Assembly (NCBI GenBank): GCA_977017645.1
Contig: OZ360223.1
Coordinates: forward strand, 126,914,001 to 126,978,000
DNA: 64,000 nt
Origin: Torpedo marmorata
Taxonomy: Eukaryota
Direction of reading: 5' to 3'
Positions within the stretch are counted from its first letter, which is position 1, and each line of letters opens with the position of its first letter. Positions 48,303-61,190 of the stretch are shown here, piece after piece. The position numbers and the translations under genes were made by a program. Below the pieces are notes generated by a model that did not search any database, was not told the origin of the DNA, and saw only the letters and a program-made list of their open reading frames with translations.

Positions 48303-49292
48303 TTTTTTCTCGAATATTTTATATTTTCATTTTTCACAAAAAGGAATTGACAATATCAACACAATCATACAATTTCCAATTATGTACAACATTATTATTA
48401 AATTTCCCCTCCCTCTGCCCCAACTAAAAAGAAAAAACAAAACCTAAAAACAAAAATAAAACATATAAATAAAAAGAAAAGGAAACTAAACGTACCGTCA
48501 GTGCTTACATTGCTTTTTCCACCTTTTTGGGGACGTCACACCATTAATTTTTTATACATTGCATTATACTGTACCTTGGAGTTTGAGTTATACCTGGGCC
48601 CCAATGTACTCCAGGTATGGTTGCCACACCTTAACAAATGTGTCATATTTGTTCCTGATATTATACGTGATCTTCTCCATGGGAATACAGCTGTGCATTT
48701 CTGCTGACCATCGAGTGATGAGAAGGGGGGAATCGGACTTCCAAGTTATTGCTATACATTTCTTTGCCACGGACAAAGCAACCTTTACAAATTGAATTTG
48801 AAATTTAGATAATTTGTAGCTTATGTCCATTAGATTTCCTAAAAGATACAACTCCGGGTCCAGAGGAAAGTTTACCCCTGTAATTCTGGTTAGTGTGTTA
48901 GATATATCATACCAAAAGGGGCGTTCCTTTACGCGGGACCAGGTGGAGTGAAGAAAGGTTCTAATTTCTACACCACATCTGAAACACATTTCCGATATTT
49001 CGGGTTTTGATTTGTGTAACTTTTGTGGTGTAAGATATAATTGATATAAGAAATTATACTGTATCAGTCTGTATCTGGCATTAATAACCGCCGTCATACT
49101 ATGCCTACACCAGTCTGACCAGCAACATTCCTGAATTGTTGTACCCAGGTCTGACTCCCACCTCTCCCTCGATCTATGTATACCTGGCTTAGGGCTTTCA
49201 TTCTAGATGTGAATTTGAGTGAATTTCCCAGTCGAAGTATCTTCTCCACCTCATTGCTTATAGGAGGGGTCATTGTAGGGCCCCACCTTTCT
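48303..49292 (-). mobile_element. L1-clade LINE (L1-E), 5'-truncated
   Basis: RYRLIQYNFLYQLYLTP, CFRC, EKITYNIR motifs; direct repeat cccagggtcatctcttctt at 48284-48302 and 49293-49311. Confidence 0.9.
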
Positions 49293-49599
49293 CCCAGGGT
49301 CATCTCTTCTTACCCCAATCTAAGGGACAACACCACTGCCAAGGGGGCCCTCTGGATTACAATGAGATGTGGACAAGGGCAAGGGTAGATTATATTCCAA
49401 AGAACATGTCCACACATCTAAGGCACTTGGGAGCTACACTGCTGGCACAGTATGTACCCCAAGTACCGAGCTCCCTCAAACTCTGCTAAGAACTGTGCAG
49501 ACAAAGCCAAGGTTTCAGCATCTCCACGGGAATGCAAACAGAATCATGAAAGGTACCAACTGAGATATCATTAAACACTCCAGCAGGAATCTCAACTTG

Positions 49600-50685
49600 T
49601 TCCCTAAAGATGCTTGTGACTTTAACTGGAACTGGATTCTGGACTTCCTAACGGAAGACGACAGTCTGTCTGGGTCGGTAGCAGAACGTCAAGCACCATC
49701 ACGCTGAGCACTGGCGCACCTCAGTGCTGTGTGCTCAGCCCGCTCCTGTTCACGCTACAGACTGCATCACCAGATCCAGCTCCAATGGAGTAATCAAGTT
49801 TGCAGATAACACAACAGTAGTTGGCCTCATCAGCAACAACGATGAGTCGCACTACAGAGAAGCGGTGGAAAATCTCGTGATTTGATGCGAGAGTAACAAT
49901 CTGAGACTTAACATGGACAAGATGAAGGAGATGATCGTGGACTTCAGGAGGACCAGGAATAACCACCCTCCACTACACATCAATAACTCTAGTGGAGAGA
50001 GTAGAGAGCACCAAGTTCCTTGGAGTTCACTTAACTAGTGACCTATCGTGGACACACAACTTCTCCTCACTTGTCAGGAAGGCGCAACAGCGACTGCACT
50101 TCCTGAGAAGACTGAAGTGGGCAAGGCTACCGGCCACCATCTTGTCAACCTTCTACAGGAGCTCTATTGAGAGCGTCCTGGCTGGCTGCATCACAGTGTG
50201 GTACGGTTGCTGCAGAGAAATGGATCAGAGGTCAATCCACAGGACCATTAGAGTGGTAGAGAGGATCACTGGAGTCTCCCTCCCCCACATCGATGTGATC
50301 TACCAGGATCATTATCTGAAGAGTGCACGCAAAATCGTTGAGGATCCCTACCACCCCACACACAGCATCTTTCAGCTATTCCTGTCAGGAAAGAGATACA
50401 GGAGAATCAGAGCCAGCACCACCAGGCTGAGAAACAGCTTCTTCCCACGGGCAGTGGGAATGTTGAACGACCAAAGGAACTGCTCACACTAACCATTCGA
50501 CACTCTCATGTTTATGAAACAATATTTATTTATTTATTTGTATATATGAATACTTGTCCTGCATATGTATTGTTTGTCTGTACGTGTGTTATGTCTGGTT
50601 GTGTGTCTGCATGTTTTGCACTGAGGACCGGAGAACGCTGTTTCATTGGGTTGTTCTTGTGCATGATAATAAACTTGACTTGACT
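49600..50685 (+). mobile_element. Rex1/Babar LINE, 5'-truncated
   Basis: KFLGVHLTSDLSW, RKAQQRLHFLRRL, GKRYRRIRASTTRLRNSFFP; tail aataaacttgacttgactt. Confidence 0.88.
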
Positions 50686-51071
50686 TTAAAATCATTAACT
50701 TAATGGCAAAAGACCTGGTCTTATTTGTGCCACTGCGCATTTAAAAATGATATTAAATCGATCTGATGCAATAGGATAGGTCTGATTCATGACAGGGTCT
50801 GTGTTCTCTGGTTATTGAACTGCAAGTGCGGGAACCCTTCATAATTTTGAACACTCTGTGTTAATCTGCTCTTACTCCAGCCAGTCCAGTCCAGTTTCTC
50901 GTCCTTTTAGTTCCTTGTGAGACGATGTTGCCTCATCTATTATTTCACCTATAAGAAGGGAGGGAAGGGTTGGACAATTGGCAACCAACAATTCAAAGTG
51001 AGTAAGAATTGGTGCCCTTGTATCATGATGGACATTGTATTGGAATACTCTCCTAAAACCCTGCAATTCAG

Positions 51072-51338
51072 AGGGCGACATGGTTAGCGAAGTGGTTAGT
51101 ACAATGGTTAGCGAAGTGGTTAGCGCTATTACAGCGCCAGCAATCAGGGTTCGAATCCGGTGCTGTCTGCAAGTAATTTGTACGTTTTCCCCGTGTCTGC
51201 GTGGGTTTCCTCTGGGTGCTCCGGTTTCCTCCCGCTCTTCAAAACTAACCGCGTAGTAGGTCAATTGGGTGTAATTGGGCGGCATGGGCTCCAGGGCCGA
51301 AACGGCCTCTTACCGTGCTGTCTAAATTTAAATTTAAA
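51072..51338 (+). mobile_element. tRNA-derived SINE (HE1/V-SINE-like)
   Basis: tggttagcgaagtgg (A box, locally duplicated), ggttcgaatcc (B box), conserved core, CR1-like tail. Confidence 0.82.
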
Positions 51339-51896
51339 GGAACTAATTCTGTGAGGTACGGTTCCAACCTCACAAAGTGGCTCCAATCTCCTACTCCTGA
51401 TGCCCCAGTCAGATTGGAAGGAACAAAAATAGGAAAGAAAGGCAAAAAAAGCAAAAATTGTGGAGAAATTTCTTCTTTATAAAAATAATATTGAAAAATC
51501 AAATATTAACAATTATTTGCTAATCAGCAATTGAACCCTTTAGGAAATCTAACATTCGACATTTGTTATTTACCTGATGGACAACCATTACATAATACAA
51601 ATGGACAAATAAATTTGATTGAATTCAAATTTACACTGAATAGAATTGTATGCTTATATCTTATTGTATGATCAGTTAATTAGTCCAAAAACTGTGGATG
51701 AGTCACAATCCATAAATAAGTCCATCACAAAGACTGAAAAAAATCACTGCATCGTACTTTGTATCCATTAGAATAGTTTGTGCAAATATACACATATTAG
51801 TGATTTTGGATTGTGGTTGGAATGGCTCCTTACATTGAGGTCAGGACATTAATTGCTTATAAGGACAGTAAAACAGAAAACCTGAGAGGTGTAATT

Positions 51897-52150
51897 GGGG
51901 CGGCACGGTTAGCGTAGCGGTTAGCGCAACGCTGTTACAGCGCCAGCAATCGGGACTGGGGTTCAAATCCCGCGCTGTCTGTAAGGAGTTTGTACGTTCT
52001 TCCCGTGTCTGTGTGGGTTCTCCCTGGGGGATCTGGTTTCCTCCCACCCTTCAAAGCGTACCGGGAGTGTAGGTCAATCAGGTGTAATTGGGCGGCATGG
52101 GCTCATGGGCCGAAAGGTCCTGTTACTGTGCTGTATGTCTTAATTTTAAA
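51897..52150 (+). mobile_element. tRNA-derived SINE (HE1/V-SINE-like)
   Basis: ggcggcacggttagcgtagcgg head, ggttcaaatcc B box, core gtctgtaaggagtttgtacgtt, A-rich end. Confidence 0.85.
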
Positions 52151-52669
52151 AAAAATTAAATAAAAAAAAAGTGATGTAAATAGAGGTTGGTGTTAATGAT
52201 GTAACGGGAAGATATATATGAGTAGGCTGCTTCACTGATAAACACATATACCAATCCCATGATGAAGGAAAGATGACACCTTCCACAACTGCTTTCAATA
52301 TGGTGCTATCAGGAGCCAAAGTATTTTTCAAAGGATATACATTAGATCTGAGTAAAAGTGAGGTGATATTGCCTCTCCAATCTGTTCCAACATTCAATAA
52401 TGTTACCCCTGATCTCAGCTTTGCTACAATTCTATTTTCCTGCAACTCATAGTTGTTCTGTGGTCACAAAGTCCAACAGGTGATCATTGGTCACAGTGTC
52501 TAAATGTGACATTGAGTGGATCTATGGTGTTATTTTAGAAAGACCACTGCCAAACAAAAATTCAGAGATGCTAGTGAAACACTTTGAGACAAGTTGGTGG
52601 TGAAAGGCATTATGTGTGAGCTACATTCAGAGAAACCTGAAGCAAATTCTTCACTGTGGAAGACACTAG

Positions 52670-54558
52670 CAGTGTGCCAGATGTCGAAGGGTATCAGGGA
52701 AAGGGAAGTGAGTCAGTTAATATTTCAAGGGAGAAAGTGCTCAGAAAGCTGAATGGTCTAAGGGTGGATAAATCTTCTGGACCAGATGGATTGCACCCTC
52801 GGTCCTGAAAGAAGTAGCAGTAGAGATTGTGGAGGCATTGGTAATGATCTTTCAAGAATCAATAGATTCTGGCGTGGTCCCGGAGGACTGGAAAATTGCA
52901 AATGTCACCCAACTATTCAAGAAGAGACTGGGCAGCAGAAAGGAAATTATAGGCCAGTTAGCCTGATGTCAGTGGTTGGGAAGATGTTGGAGTCGATTGT
53001 AAAGGATGAGGTTACAGAGTACTTGGAGGCACATGACAGGATAGGCCAAAGCCAGCATGGCTTCCTTAAGGGAAAATCTTGCTTGACAAACCCATTGGAA
53101 TTCTTTGAGGAAGTGACAAGCAAGCTGGATAAGGGAGATGCAGTGGATGTTGTGCATTTGGATTTTCAGAGGCCTTTGACAAGGCACATGAGGCTACTTA
53201 ACAAGATAAGAGCCCATGGTATAATAGGATACATACCAGCATTGGCTGATTAGCAAGAAGCAGAGAGTTTGAATAAAAGGATCACCAATCAGCACCGTAG
53301 CCTGAATACGACTGGGATTGTCTGATCTCGGAAGCGAAGCAGGCACAGGACTGGTCAGTACTTGGAGGGGAGACCGCCTAGGAACACCAGGTGCTGTAGG
53401 TTTCTGTGAGGGGCGCTGGAAAAAGTAGCGACCCTCTGTCTGCCTTACGGTAGACAAAAATTAAAGAATTTCATGTATGTTACATTCTAAATGTAGTATT
53501 ACGTGACAATAATGGAACCTTTACCTATATATTCTGATTGGTTGCCAGTTGCTAGTGGTGTTCCACAGGGGTCGGTGTTGGGGCCATTTCTTTTTGTGTT
53601 GTATATTAATGATTTCAATGATGGAATGAATGGCTTTGTGGCAAAGTTTGCAGATGATACAAAGGTAGGTGGAGGGGCAGGTTGAGTAGAGGAAACATGG
53701 AGGCTGCAGAAAGACTTGGACAGATTAGGAGAATTGTCAGAGAAGTGGCAAATGAAATAAAATGTCGGAAAGTGTACGGTCATGCACTTTGGTAGAAAAA
53801 AATAAACGGGCAGACTATTTTTAAATGGGGAGAAAATTGAAAATACCCAGATGCAAAGGGACCTGGGAGTCCTCATGCAGGATAGCCCAAAAGGTAAACT
53901 TGCATGTTGAGTTAGTAGTGAAAAAGGCAAATGCAATGCTGGCATTCATTTCAAGAGGAATAGAATATAAGTGCAGGGAGTGATGTTGAGGCTTTATAAG
54001 GCACTGGCGAGACCTCACGGAGTATTGTGAGCAGTTTTGGGCTTCTCATTTAAGAAAAGATGTGCTGACATTGGAGAGGATTCCAAAGGAGATTCACTAG
54101 GATAATTCCGGGAAAATGAGGAGCGTTTGACAGCTCTTGGCCTGTATTCATTGGAATTTAGAAGAATGAGAAGGGGATCTCATTGAAACATTTCAAATGT
54201 TGAAAGACATGGACAGAGTAGATGTAGTAAGGTTGCTTCCCATGGTGGGAGAGTCTAGGACAAGAGGGTACAACTTCAGGATTGAAGGACGCCTGCTTAG
54301 AACAGAGATGCGTACGCATTTCTTCAGCCAGAGGGTGGTAAATTTGTGGAATGTGTTGCCACAAGCAGTTGTGGAGGCTAGGTGATTGGGTGTATTTAAG
54401 ACAGAGATTGCTAGGTTCTTGATTAGCCGGGGCATCAAGGGTTATGGGGAGAAGGCTGGGCAGTGGGGCTGAGTGGAAAAATGGATCAGCTCATGATTAA
54501 ATGGTGGGGCAGACTCGATGGGCTGAAAAGCCTATTTCTTTTCCTATGTCTTATGGTC
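52670..54558 (+). mobile_element. CR1-clade LINE, RT region to tail, degraded
   Basis: NYRPVSLMSVVGKMLE, QHGFLKGKSCLTN, SGVPQGSVLGP, KFADDTK, FFSQRVVNLWN. Confidence 0.92.
53288..53526 (+). mobile_element. 5S rRNA-derived SINE (SINE3-type)
   Basis: 53290-53403 aligns with 5S rRNA (gtctgatctcggaagcgaagcagg..tggtcagtacttggaggggagaccgcctaggaacaccaggtgctgtagg), followed by a ~120-nt body and a LINE-like tail gtgacaataatggaacctttacc. Confidence 0.85.
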
Positions 54559-56592
54559 AAATGGTTTTAATGTTTGGCCAGTATCGAGGAGCAGCTGTGT
54601 GAGCAGGACCCCAACATGCATCAGATAAGACTGACCCAGAATGCCAACTTGGTTGGCATGGACGAGTTGGGCCGAAGGGTCTGTTCCGTGCTGTATGACT
54701 CTATCATGAGCTGGGCGGGATCATGTTGCCACTGAAAAAAATATCCTCGATGCTCCTCACCTGGAAGTAGATGGTGGGAGTAGGTTCTCGTAACATTTAA
54801 AAAATATTTCACTGAGCACTTGAAACACCAAAGTCGTAAAATGGGATAGGTATTGATCATCCAGAATGGGCAAATGTCTGTTCCCAGTATGGCTCCATGA
54901 CTCTTTGACTTCCTGGAGAAGTATGATGATCTCAACTTTCACCAGCTTCCACAAAGGCCTTATAATGTGAGAATCAGAAGAGATACCTCCCCCTGTTTCA
55001 GGAAAGCTGCTCACATATTAAAGGACCCATCCCATCCTGGTCAGCGCGAGATTCGAACCCCCCATCCCGATCGCTGTCTGTCAGAGGATACACGAGCTTG
55101 AAAGCACGAACCTCCAGATTCAAGGACAGTTTTTTTTTCCTTCTGTTATCAGACTCTTAAATGGACCTCTCACTGGTGAAAGATAATGCCCTTGAACTGA
55201 TTTAACTGTGTATTTCTCTATATCCTGCACTTTGTCTTTGTAACACTATTTTTGCACTCGTTCACTTACAATAACACGACACCCTGCATTTTATTCTTGC
55301 ACAACCTATTCGACTAGATGTAGGTTGACTTGCCTGGATAGCACGCAGACTAAAGCCCTTCAATATATCTCAGGTGACAATAAAGCATTCAGTTCAGATT
55401 CTTTCCTCAGCTGCTCTCTCCCCTGCAGGAGTGTGATGGGATTTGACCAGGACCTGTCATCAGTGTGTATCATTCCAGGTGCTGATGAGATTCTATTGAA
55501 AACTGCCGGGATATCCTGTCTTCGGTTTCACAATGCTAGCTGGATAGTAATTTTGCTCTAATAGAGATAGACATTTTATTTAAGCATTTTAGCTCCCACC
55601 AAATGTCCAGCCACTTCACAAAACCAATGCATTTCTTTTTATGTTCAATTAAATCACATCCCTGGTACTAAACACCAGTAGCAAACGTTCCGTCAAAGGA
55701 ATATGTCAGTGCTAACAGGATGTATGTCAAAACATCAGAGGAGCAGGAGACACACAAGGTCTGCAGATGCTGGAATCTGGAGTCAAAAACAAACTGCTGG
55801 AGGGACTCAGGGGTCAGGCAGCAGCTATGGAGGGGAATGGACCGTTGACATTTTGGATTGAAACCCTGCTTCAGGACTGAGAAAAGAGAGGGTGAATGAG
55901 CAGGGATAAAGAGGAGATGGGGAGTGATCAGTAGGTGAAAGGTGGACCATGAAGGGGTGAAAATGACAGAGATGGGGACAGCTGTGGGGAGCAGGAGGGT
56001 TGGAGTTGGGAGACAGAAAAAAAAAATATCTAAGGATAGAATAAATACAGTGCCCTCCATAATGTTTGGGACAAAGACACTTTTTTCCTTTATTTGCCCC
56101 TATGCTCCACAGTTTTAAATTTGTAATCAAACAATTCACGTGATTAAAGTGCACATTCCAGATTTTATTCAAGGTTATTTATATACATTTTGGTTTGACC
56201 ATGTAGATATTACAGCATTTTTTATACATAGTCCTCTCATTTCAGGGCACCATAATGTTTGGGACATTTGGCTTCACAGATGTTTGTGAGAACTTAGGTA
56301 TTCCAAGGAAGACCTCCACTGCTCATCATAATGAAGAAAAATCCCCAAAAGCATGTCCGGCAGATCAGAAACACTCTTCAGGAGGCAGGTGTGGATGACC
56401 CGGCTTTTCTTGGTTCAGTGTGAACGACCTGACCTGGATCCAAACACGGGTCATTCACACGCCAATTAAATGGGATCGCTGTGTAAAAGGAAGAATGACT
56501 ACTGGCTGCAGAAGACGTCATGAACAGAAATACAGAGGCTATACTGCAAGATGCAAACCATGGCAAAGGTGGTATGCTTTGGATCTTGAGCA

Positions 56593-56834
56593 GTAAAGGT
56601 AAAGGTTCCATTATTGGAACGTAATACTACATTTAGAATGTAACATACATGAAATTCTTTAATTTTTGTCTACCGTAAGGCAGACAGAGAGTCGCTACTT
56701 TGTCCAGCTCCCCTCACAGAAACCTACAGCACCTGGTGTTCCTTGGTGGTCTCCCCTCCAAGTACTGACCAGTCCTGTGCCTGCTTAGCTTCCGAGATCA
56801 GACAATCCCAGTCGTATTCAGGCTATTGGTGCTG
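56593..56834 (-). mobile_element. 5S rRNA-derived SINE (second copy)
   Basis: Reverse complement is closely similar to 53288-53526 over head, body and ACCTTT-repeat tail. Confidence 0.85.
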
Positions 56835-57752
56835 AACCCCTAAACAGGGGCTACATAGATCTAGACAGAGATGGGAGTCAGACTTGGATATAATAATTAA
56901 TGAGCAAAACTGGTCCAACTTATGTCGGGACAGTATGAAAAACACAATAAATGTGAGATACAGACTGGTGCAATACAATTTTTTGCACCAGTTGTATCTC
57001 ACGCCACAATAATTGAATAAATTTAAATCAGAAATATCAGATAAATGTTTTAGATGCAGCAAAGAAATAGGAACGTTTTTACATTTCACCTGGTCATGCC
57101 CCAAATTTAAACCTTTCTGGACAGACTTAGGGAAACTCTTAGAACAATTTACAGAAATTCAGTTCCCACAACGCCCAGAATTATTTCTATTGGGCAATAT
57201 CTCCGGCGTAAGACCTAAGATGAGGCTGTCAAAATTTCAAATAAAATTTGTGGAGATAGCATTGGCAGTGGCCAGGAAATGTATAGCTGTCCCATCTAGG
57301 TATGACAAGATGGCATGAGGAAATGTACAGTTGTGTTACCCTTGAGAAGGTTACCTATAATCTTAGAAATAGATATGATATATTTTTAAAGATTTGAACT
57401 CCATATTTACAACACATGGCTGTAAATCTATAACCAGGCCCCCCCTCGTCTCCAGGACCTATGTCCATTTCCTCTTCAGAAATCCGAGTATGCCAAGTAA
57501 TTTAAGCCTGCGGGGTGGACGACAAGTCTCCAACGTCTTCTTTCCTTTTCTATTTCAACCGTTTCTTATTCTATTCCTCTCTTTTTTTCTTTTGGGGGGA
57601 ATTGGGTGGGTGGGTTTTCCTTTGTTTGTAATTTTGTTGTTGTTTTTTAGTATAATAGTCAACAAACAAATATTATATTTGATGATGTATTATTTTTGTT
57701 ATTGATAATATGTTTGGCTTTAAAAAATACAAATAAAATATTCCAAAAAAAA
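56835..57752 (+). mobile_element. L1-clade LINE (L1-F), 5'-truncated
   Basis: RYRLVQYNFLHQLYLTP, CFRCSKEIGTFLHFTWSCP; aataaa plus A tail; imperfect TSD aggctatt(g/a)gtgc(t/a)g at 56820-56834 and 57753-57767. Confidence 0.88.
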
Positions 57753-59319
57753 AGGCTATTAGTGCAGTACCTTTACACCTCCACATTTTGCTCTTCCCAT
57801 CACTCTGATACAGGTCAGTCTTGGTCTCATCTGTCCACAAGACCTTTTTCTAGAATTCTGCAAGCTCTTTTAAATACTTCTTGGCAAACTGTAATCTGGC
57901 CATCCTTTCTGTGGCTAACTAGTGGTTTGCATCTTGCAATGTAGCCTCTGTATTTGCTTTCAGGAAGTCTTCTGCAGACAGTAGTCATTGACATATCCAC
58001 ACCTGCCTCCTGAAGAGAATTCTTCTGTCATCAGCAGTGGAGTTCTTCCTTGGAATACCAGTCCCTTTGTGATTACTGAGCTCACCAGTATGCTCTTTCT
58101 TCTTAATGATGTTCCAAACTGTTGATTTTGGTAATCTAAAGTTTGGGCGGTGTCTCTTACTGTTTTATTCTTGTTTTTCAGCTTCATAATGGCTTCTTTG
58201 ACTTTCATTGGCACAACTCTGGTCCTCATGTTTAAAATGGCAACTACAGACTCCAAAGGTGATCAAAAGCTTAGAAGCAAGTCCAGATCTCTTATACCTG
58301 CACCAATGAAGCAATTAAACATACCTGAGCAATCGCAAACACCTGTGAAGCCAAATGTCCCAAACATTATGGTGCCCTGAAATGGGGAGACAATGTATAA
58401 AAGGTGCTGTAATTTCTACATGGTCAAACCAAAATGTATATAAATAACCTTGAATAAAATCTGGAATGTGCACTTTAATTACATGTGAATTGTTTGATTA
58501 CAAATTTAAAACTGTGGAGCACAGGGGCAATTAAAGGAAAAATGTGTCTTTGTTCCAAACATTATGGAGGGCACTGTATATATTCACTATTGCAGTTAAT
58601 GCAAGTGACATTTCAATATTGCCGACATTTCAATATTGCCAGCAGATCTTTTGGTGGGTCTGGAGTAGTTTATAGTCATGGTTAGGGGAGTAGGGTAGGC
58701 TCAAGAGCCCAATAGCTGTTGGATTAAAAACTGTTCTTGAACCTAGAGGTGCCAGACGTCAGACCTCTGTTCCTTCTGCCTGAAGGGAGCAGAGGGATGA
58801 GGTTGTGACCAGGGCGATAGGGATCTTTTCGATGTTGGTTGCCTCACATAGATGGCTGCAGTTGATGGGAGGTCAGTTCCTGTGATGAACTTGGCTGTGT
58901 TTGCCGCTCTCTGCAGCCTTCTGCGTTCCTGGGCACTCAACTTTCCAAACCAGGTTGTGGTGCAACAAGTCAGTGTACTTCCCACAGAATGACAGACAGC
59001 TCTTTTCCCTCTTGTCACCCCTGTTGCTAACCTCCAGTAGATAAACTGGATCTTCAATTTAGTGGCATTTTTACTTCCTTCCTAAAAAGGTGTGATTAAA
59101 ATCTCGGTCCTCGGACACAGCACACTCAGTGTAGTTGATCTGAAGCTGAAGTGACAATGTTCAAAGTTGAGTCCACTCTTTCCCTCTGTCACACTCCTAA
59201 TCCCTCTATTATTCATTACAATGTGCATCAGGATTATCCCTAGGATTGGGATTATCACTGGGATTGGGATTCCCTCCCTGTATCCATTCCAAGGAACAGA
59301 ATGGAATGAAGAATTTTTT

Positions 59320-59552
59320 TTTTTTAAAGTTAGACATACAGCACGGTAACAGGCCATTTCGGCCCACTAGTCCGTGCTGCCCAATTTACACCTAATTAAC
59401 CTACATTTCGAACGGTGGGAGGAAACCTGAGCCATCGGGGAAAACCCATGCAGACAAGGGGAGAACATACAGACAGCGCGGGATTCGAACCCCAGTCCCG
59501 ATCGCTGGCGCTGTAAAGGCATTGCGCTAACCACTACGCCAACCGTGCCGTC
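59320..59552 (-). mobile_element. tRNA-derived SINE (HE1/V-SINE-like)
   Basis: Reverse-strand copy of the 51897-52150 family. Confidence 0.85.
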
Positions 59553-59652
59553 CAATGTTGACCAAGATTAAGAAGAGAGCTTCTCCACACATAGAAACAT
59601 TAGAAGCACAAGAAAGGGGATGCAATTGCTCTGATTTTTAAAAATGTTTTTT

Positions 59653-59658
59653 TTTATT
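59653..59658 (-). terminator. Candidate AATAAA polyadenylation signal for paralog B
   Basis: tttatt on + strand about 130 nt past the paralog B stop. Confidence 0.5.
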
Positions 59659-59786
59659 TTGTTAATTAAGTATCATGAAATTGATTTTACTCCTTTCTTC
59701 CTCTTCCCTCCCCTCCTCAAACATTCAACCCCGATATAAATTAAACTGATTCCTTCACAAACATTCTTATTTTCAGATTGAACACA

Positions 59787-59897
59787 TTATTTCGGCGGAG
59801 GCAACCTGTCATTCAACCACATTTCAATCAAGGCAAACACTTCCTTTACGACATCTGGCACCTCCTTGTGAAGCTGGTGAAAACATTCCTCGAAGAC
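59787..59897 (-). CDS. MGLL: MGLL-like paralog B, terminal coding exon with catalytic His
   Basis: Minus strand ttcag|VFEECFHQLHKEVPDVVKEVFALIEMWLNDRLPPPK*. Confidence 0.94.
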   Translation of the reverse strand, partial: VFEECFHQLHKEVPDVVKEVFALIEMWLNDRLPPPK

Positions 59898-60339
59898 CTG
59901 AACAGAATTCAGAAGAGACCACAGTGATCAAACAGAAATTCTACAACAGGAACACTGCAATAGTTCAGAAACAGCTCACTGATACCCCGCAGGCAATTAA
60001 TTATCATTCCTGAGATGGAAATACAAAATAGGGGTTCAGGTGAAGGGGTGTTTATGAAGGCAAGGAAAAGGCAATAGTTCAGGTTAAAGAAAGTTTCTTC
60101 CCCACAGTCATCAGGCTCGTGAAAGAACCCCACAACAGTGCTCTAATGCTGCCCCCGCCTGGTAAAAATTGATCATGAAATTGATCGATAATTGTGTCCT
60201 TGTTCTTCTACTTTATACTGGTGTAGGTGTGTCAGACCTATTAGACTGCTCACAGAAGAACCCTTTGCACTGTACTGGATATAATTTGATAAATAAACGT
60301 GAAATTCAAACTAACGACAGAGATAACGATAACTGAAGT

Positions 60340-60560
60340 AGCGAGAGCACAAAACTGCAGGTGCTGGAACCTTGAGCAAACAGTGAGCTCCTGGACGGAC
60401 TCAACAGGCCAGGCAGCATCCATGGAGGGTGACGGTCAGTCAATGCTTCAGGTCAGGACCCTCTATCGAAACTCAATGAAGGGTCCCCATCCGAAATGTA
60501 GACTGAATATTTCTCTCCACAGATGCTGCCTGACCCACAGAGTCCCTCCAGGAGCTCGTT
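60340..60560. mobile_element. Penelope-LTR-derived fold-back mini-element, decayed
   Basis: actgcaggtgctggaa...ggcagcatc / gatgctgcc...ctccaggagctc inverted arms. Confidence 0.6.
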
Positions 60561-60669
60561 GATAACCAAAGTGCATCTAGAAGAGGCAGAACATTCGAGA
60601 AAGCACTGCACCAGCAGGTAAACTCCGAGCAAAGAAAATAACAAAATTAAATTAAAAGTTCTCACACCT

Positions 60670-61190
60670 CCCTAATAACAAGGTAGATGAGCTGATGGCA
60701 CACCAAGAATGAAGTGGGTATGATCTGATTAATACAGAGACATGGCTCAAGGCAACCAAGACTAGGAACTGAATATTCAAGGCTTTTTGGAATTTTAGAA
60801 AGGTTGGCATAAAGGCAAAGAGGGTGGATAAGCTTTATTAAGTGTACAAAATCATGTGAGGAATAGGGAACACAGAGAATTTTTTGCCTCGAGCAGGGGA
60901 ATCAGTAACCAGAGGATGTAGGTTGAAGGTGAGGAGGGAGAGATTTAACAGGAACCCGAGGGGTAACTTTTTTTACACAGAGGGTGGAGGGTATATAGAA
61001 TGGGCTGCAGAGGAGGTGGTCAAGGCAGGTACTGTTGCAATGTTTGAGAAAAAAATTGGATACATGGATAGGATGGGTTTAGAGGGACATGGACCAAATG
61101 CAGGCAGGTGGGACTAGTGTTAGTAGGACATTTTGGTCGGTGTGGGAAAGTTGGGCTGAAGGGCCTGTTTCCACGCTCTATGACTCTAAA
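60670..61190 (+). mobile_element. CR1-clade LINE fragments
   Basis: Degenerate endonuclease start (TETWL) fused to the 3' end (RGCRLKVRRERFNRNPRGNFF) and tail. Confidence 0.7.

Larger units (their letters stand above)
56048..58576 (-). mobile_element. Tc1-like (IR/DR) DNA transposon derivative, non-autonomous, with nested SINE and L1
   Basis: ~240-bp inverted repeats starting CAGTGCCCTCCATAATGTTTGG with an internal direct repeat; TA on both sides; transposase remnant MKVKEAIMKLKNKNKTVRDTAQTL on - strand. Confidence 0.88.

Noticed and set aside
53290-53403. Functional 5S rRNA gene
   Set aside because: 5' end diverged, many substitutions, no tandem array, and it continues into a shared SINE body and tail.
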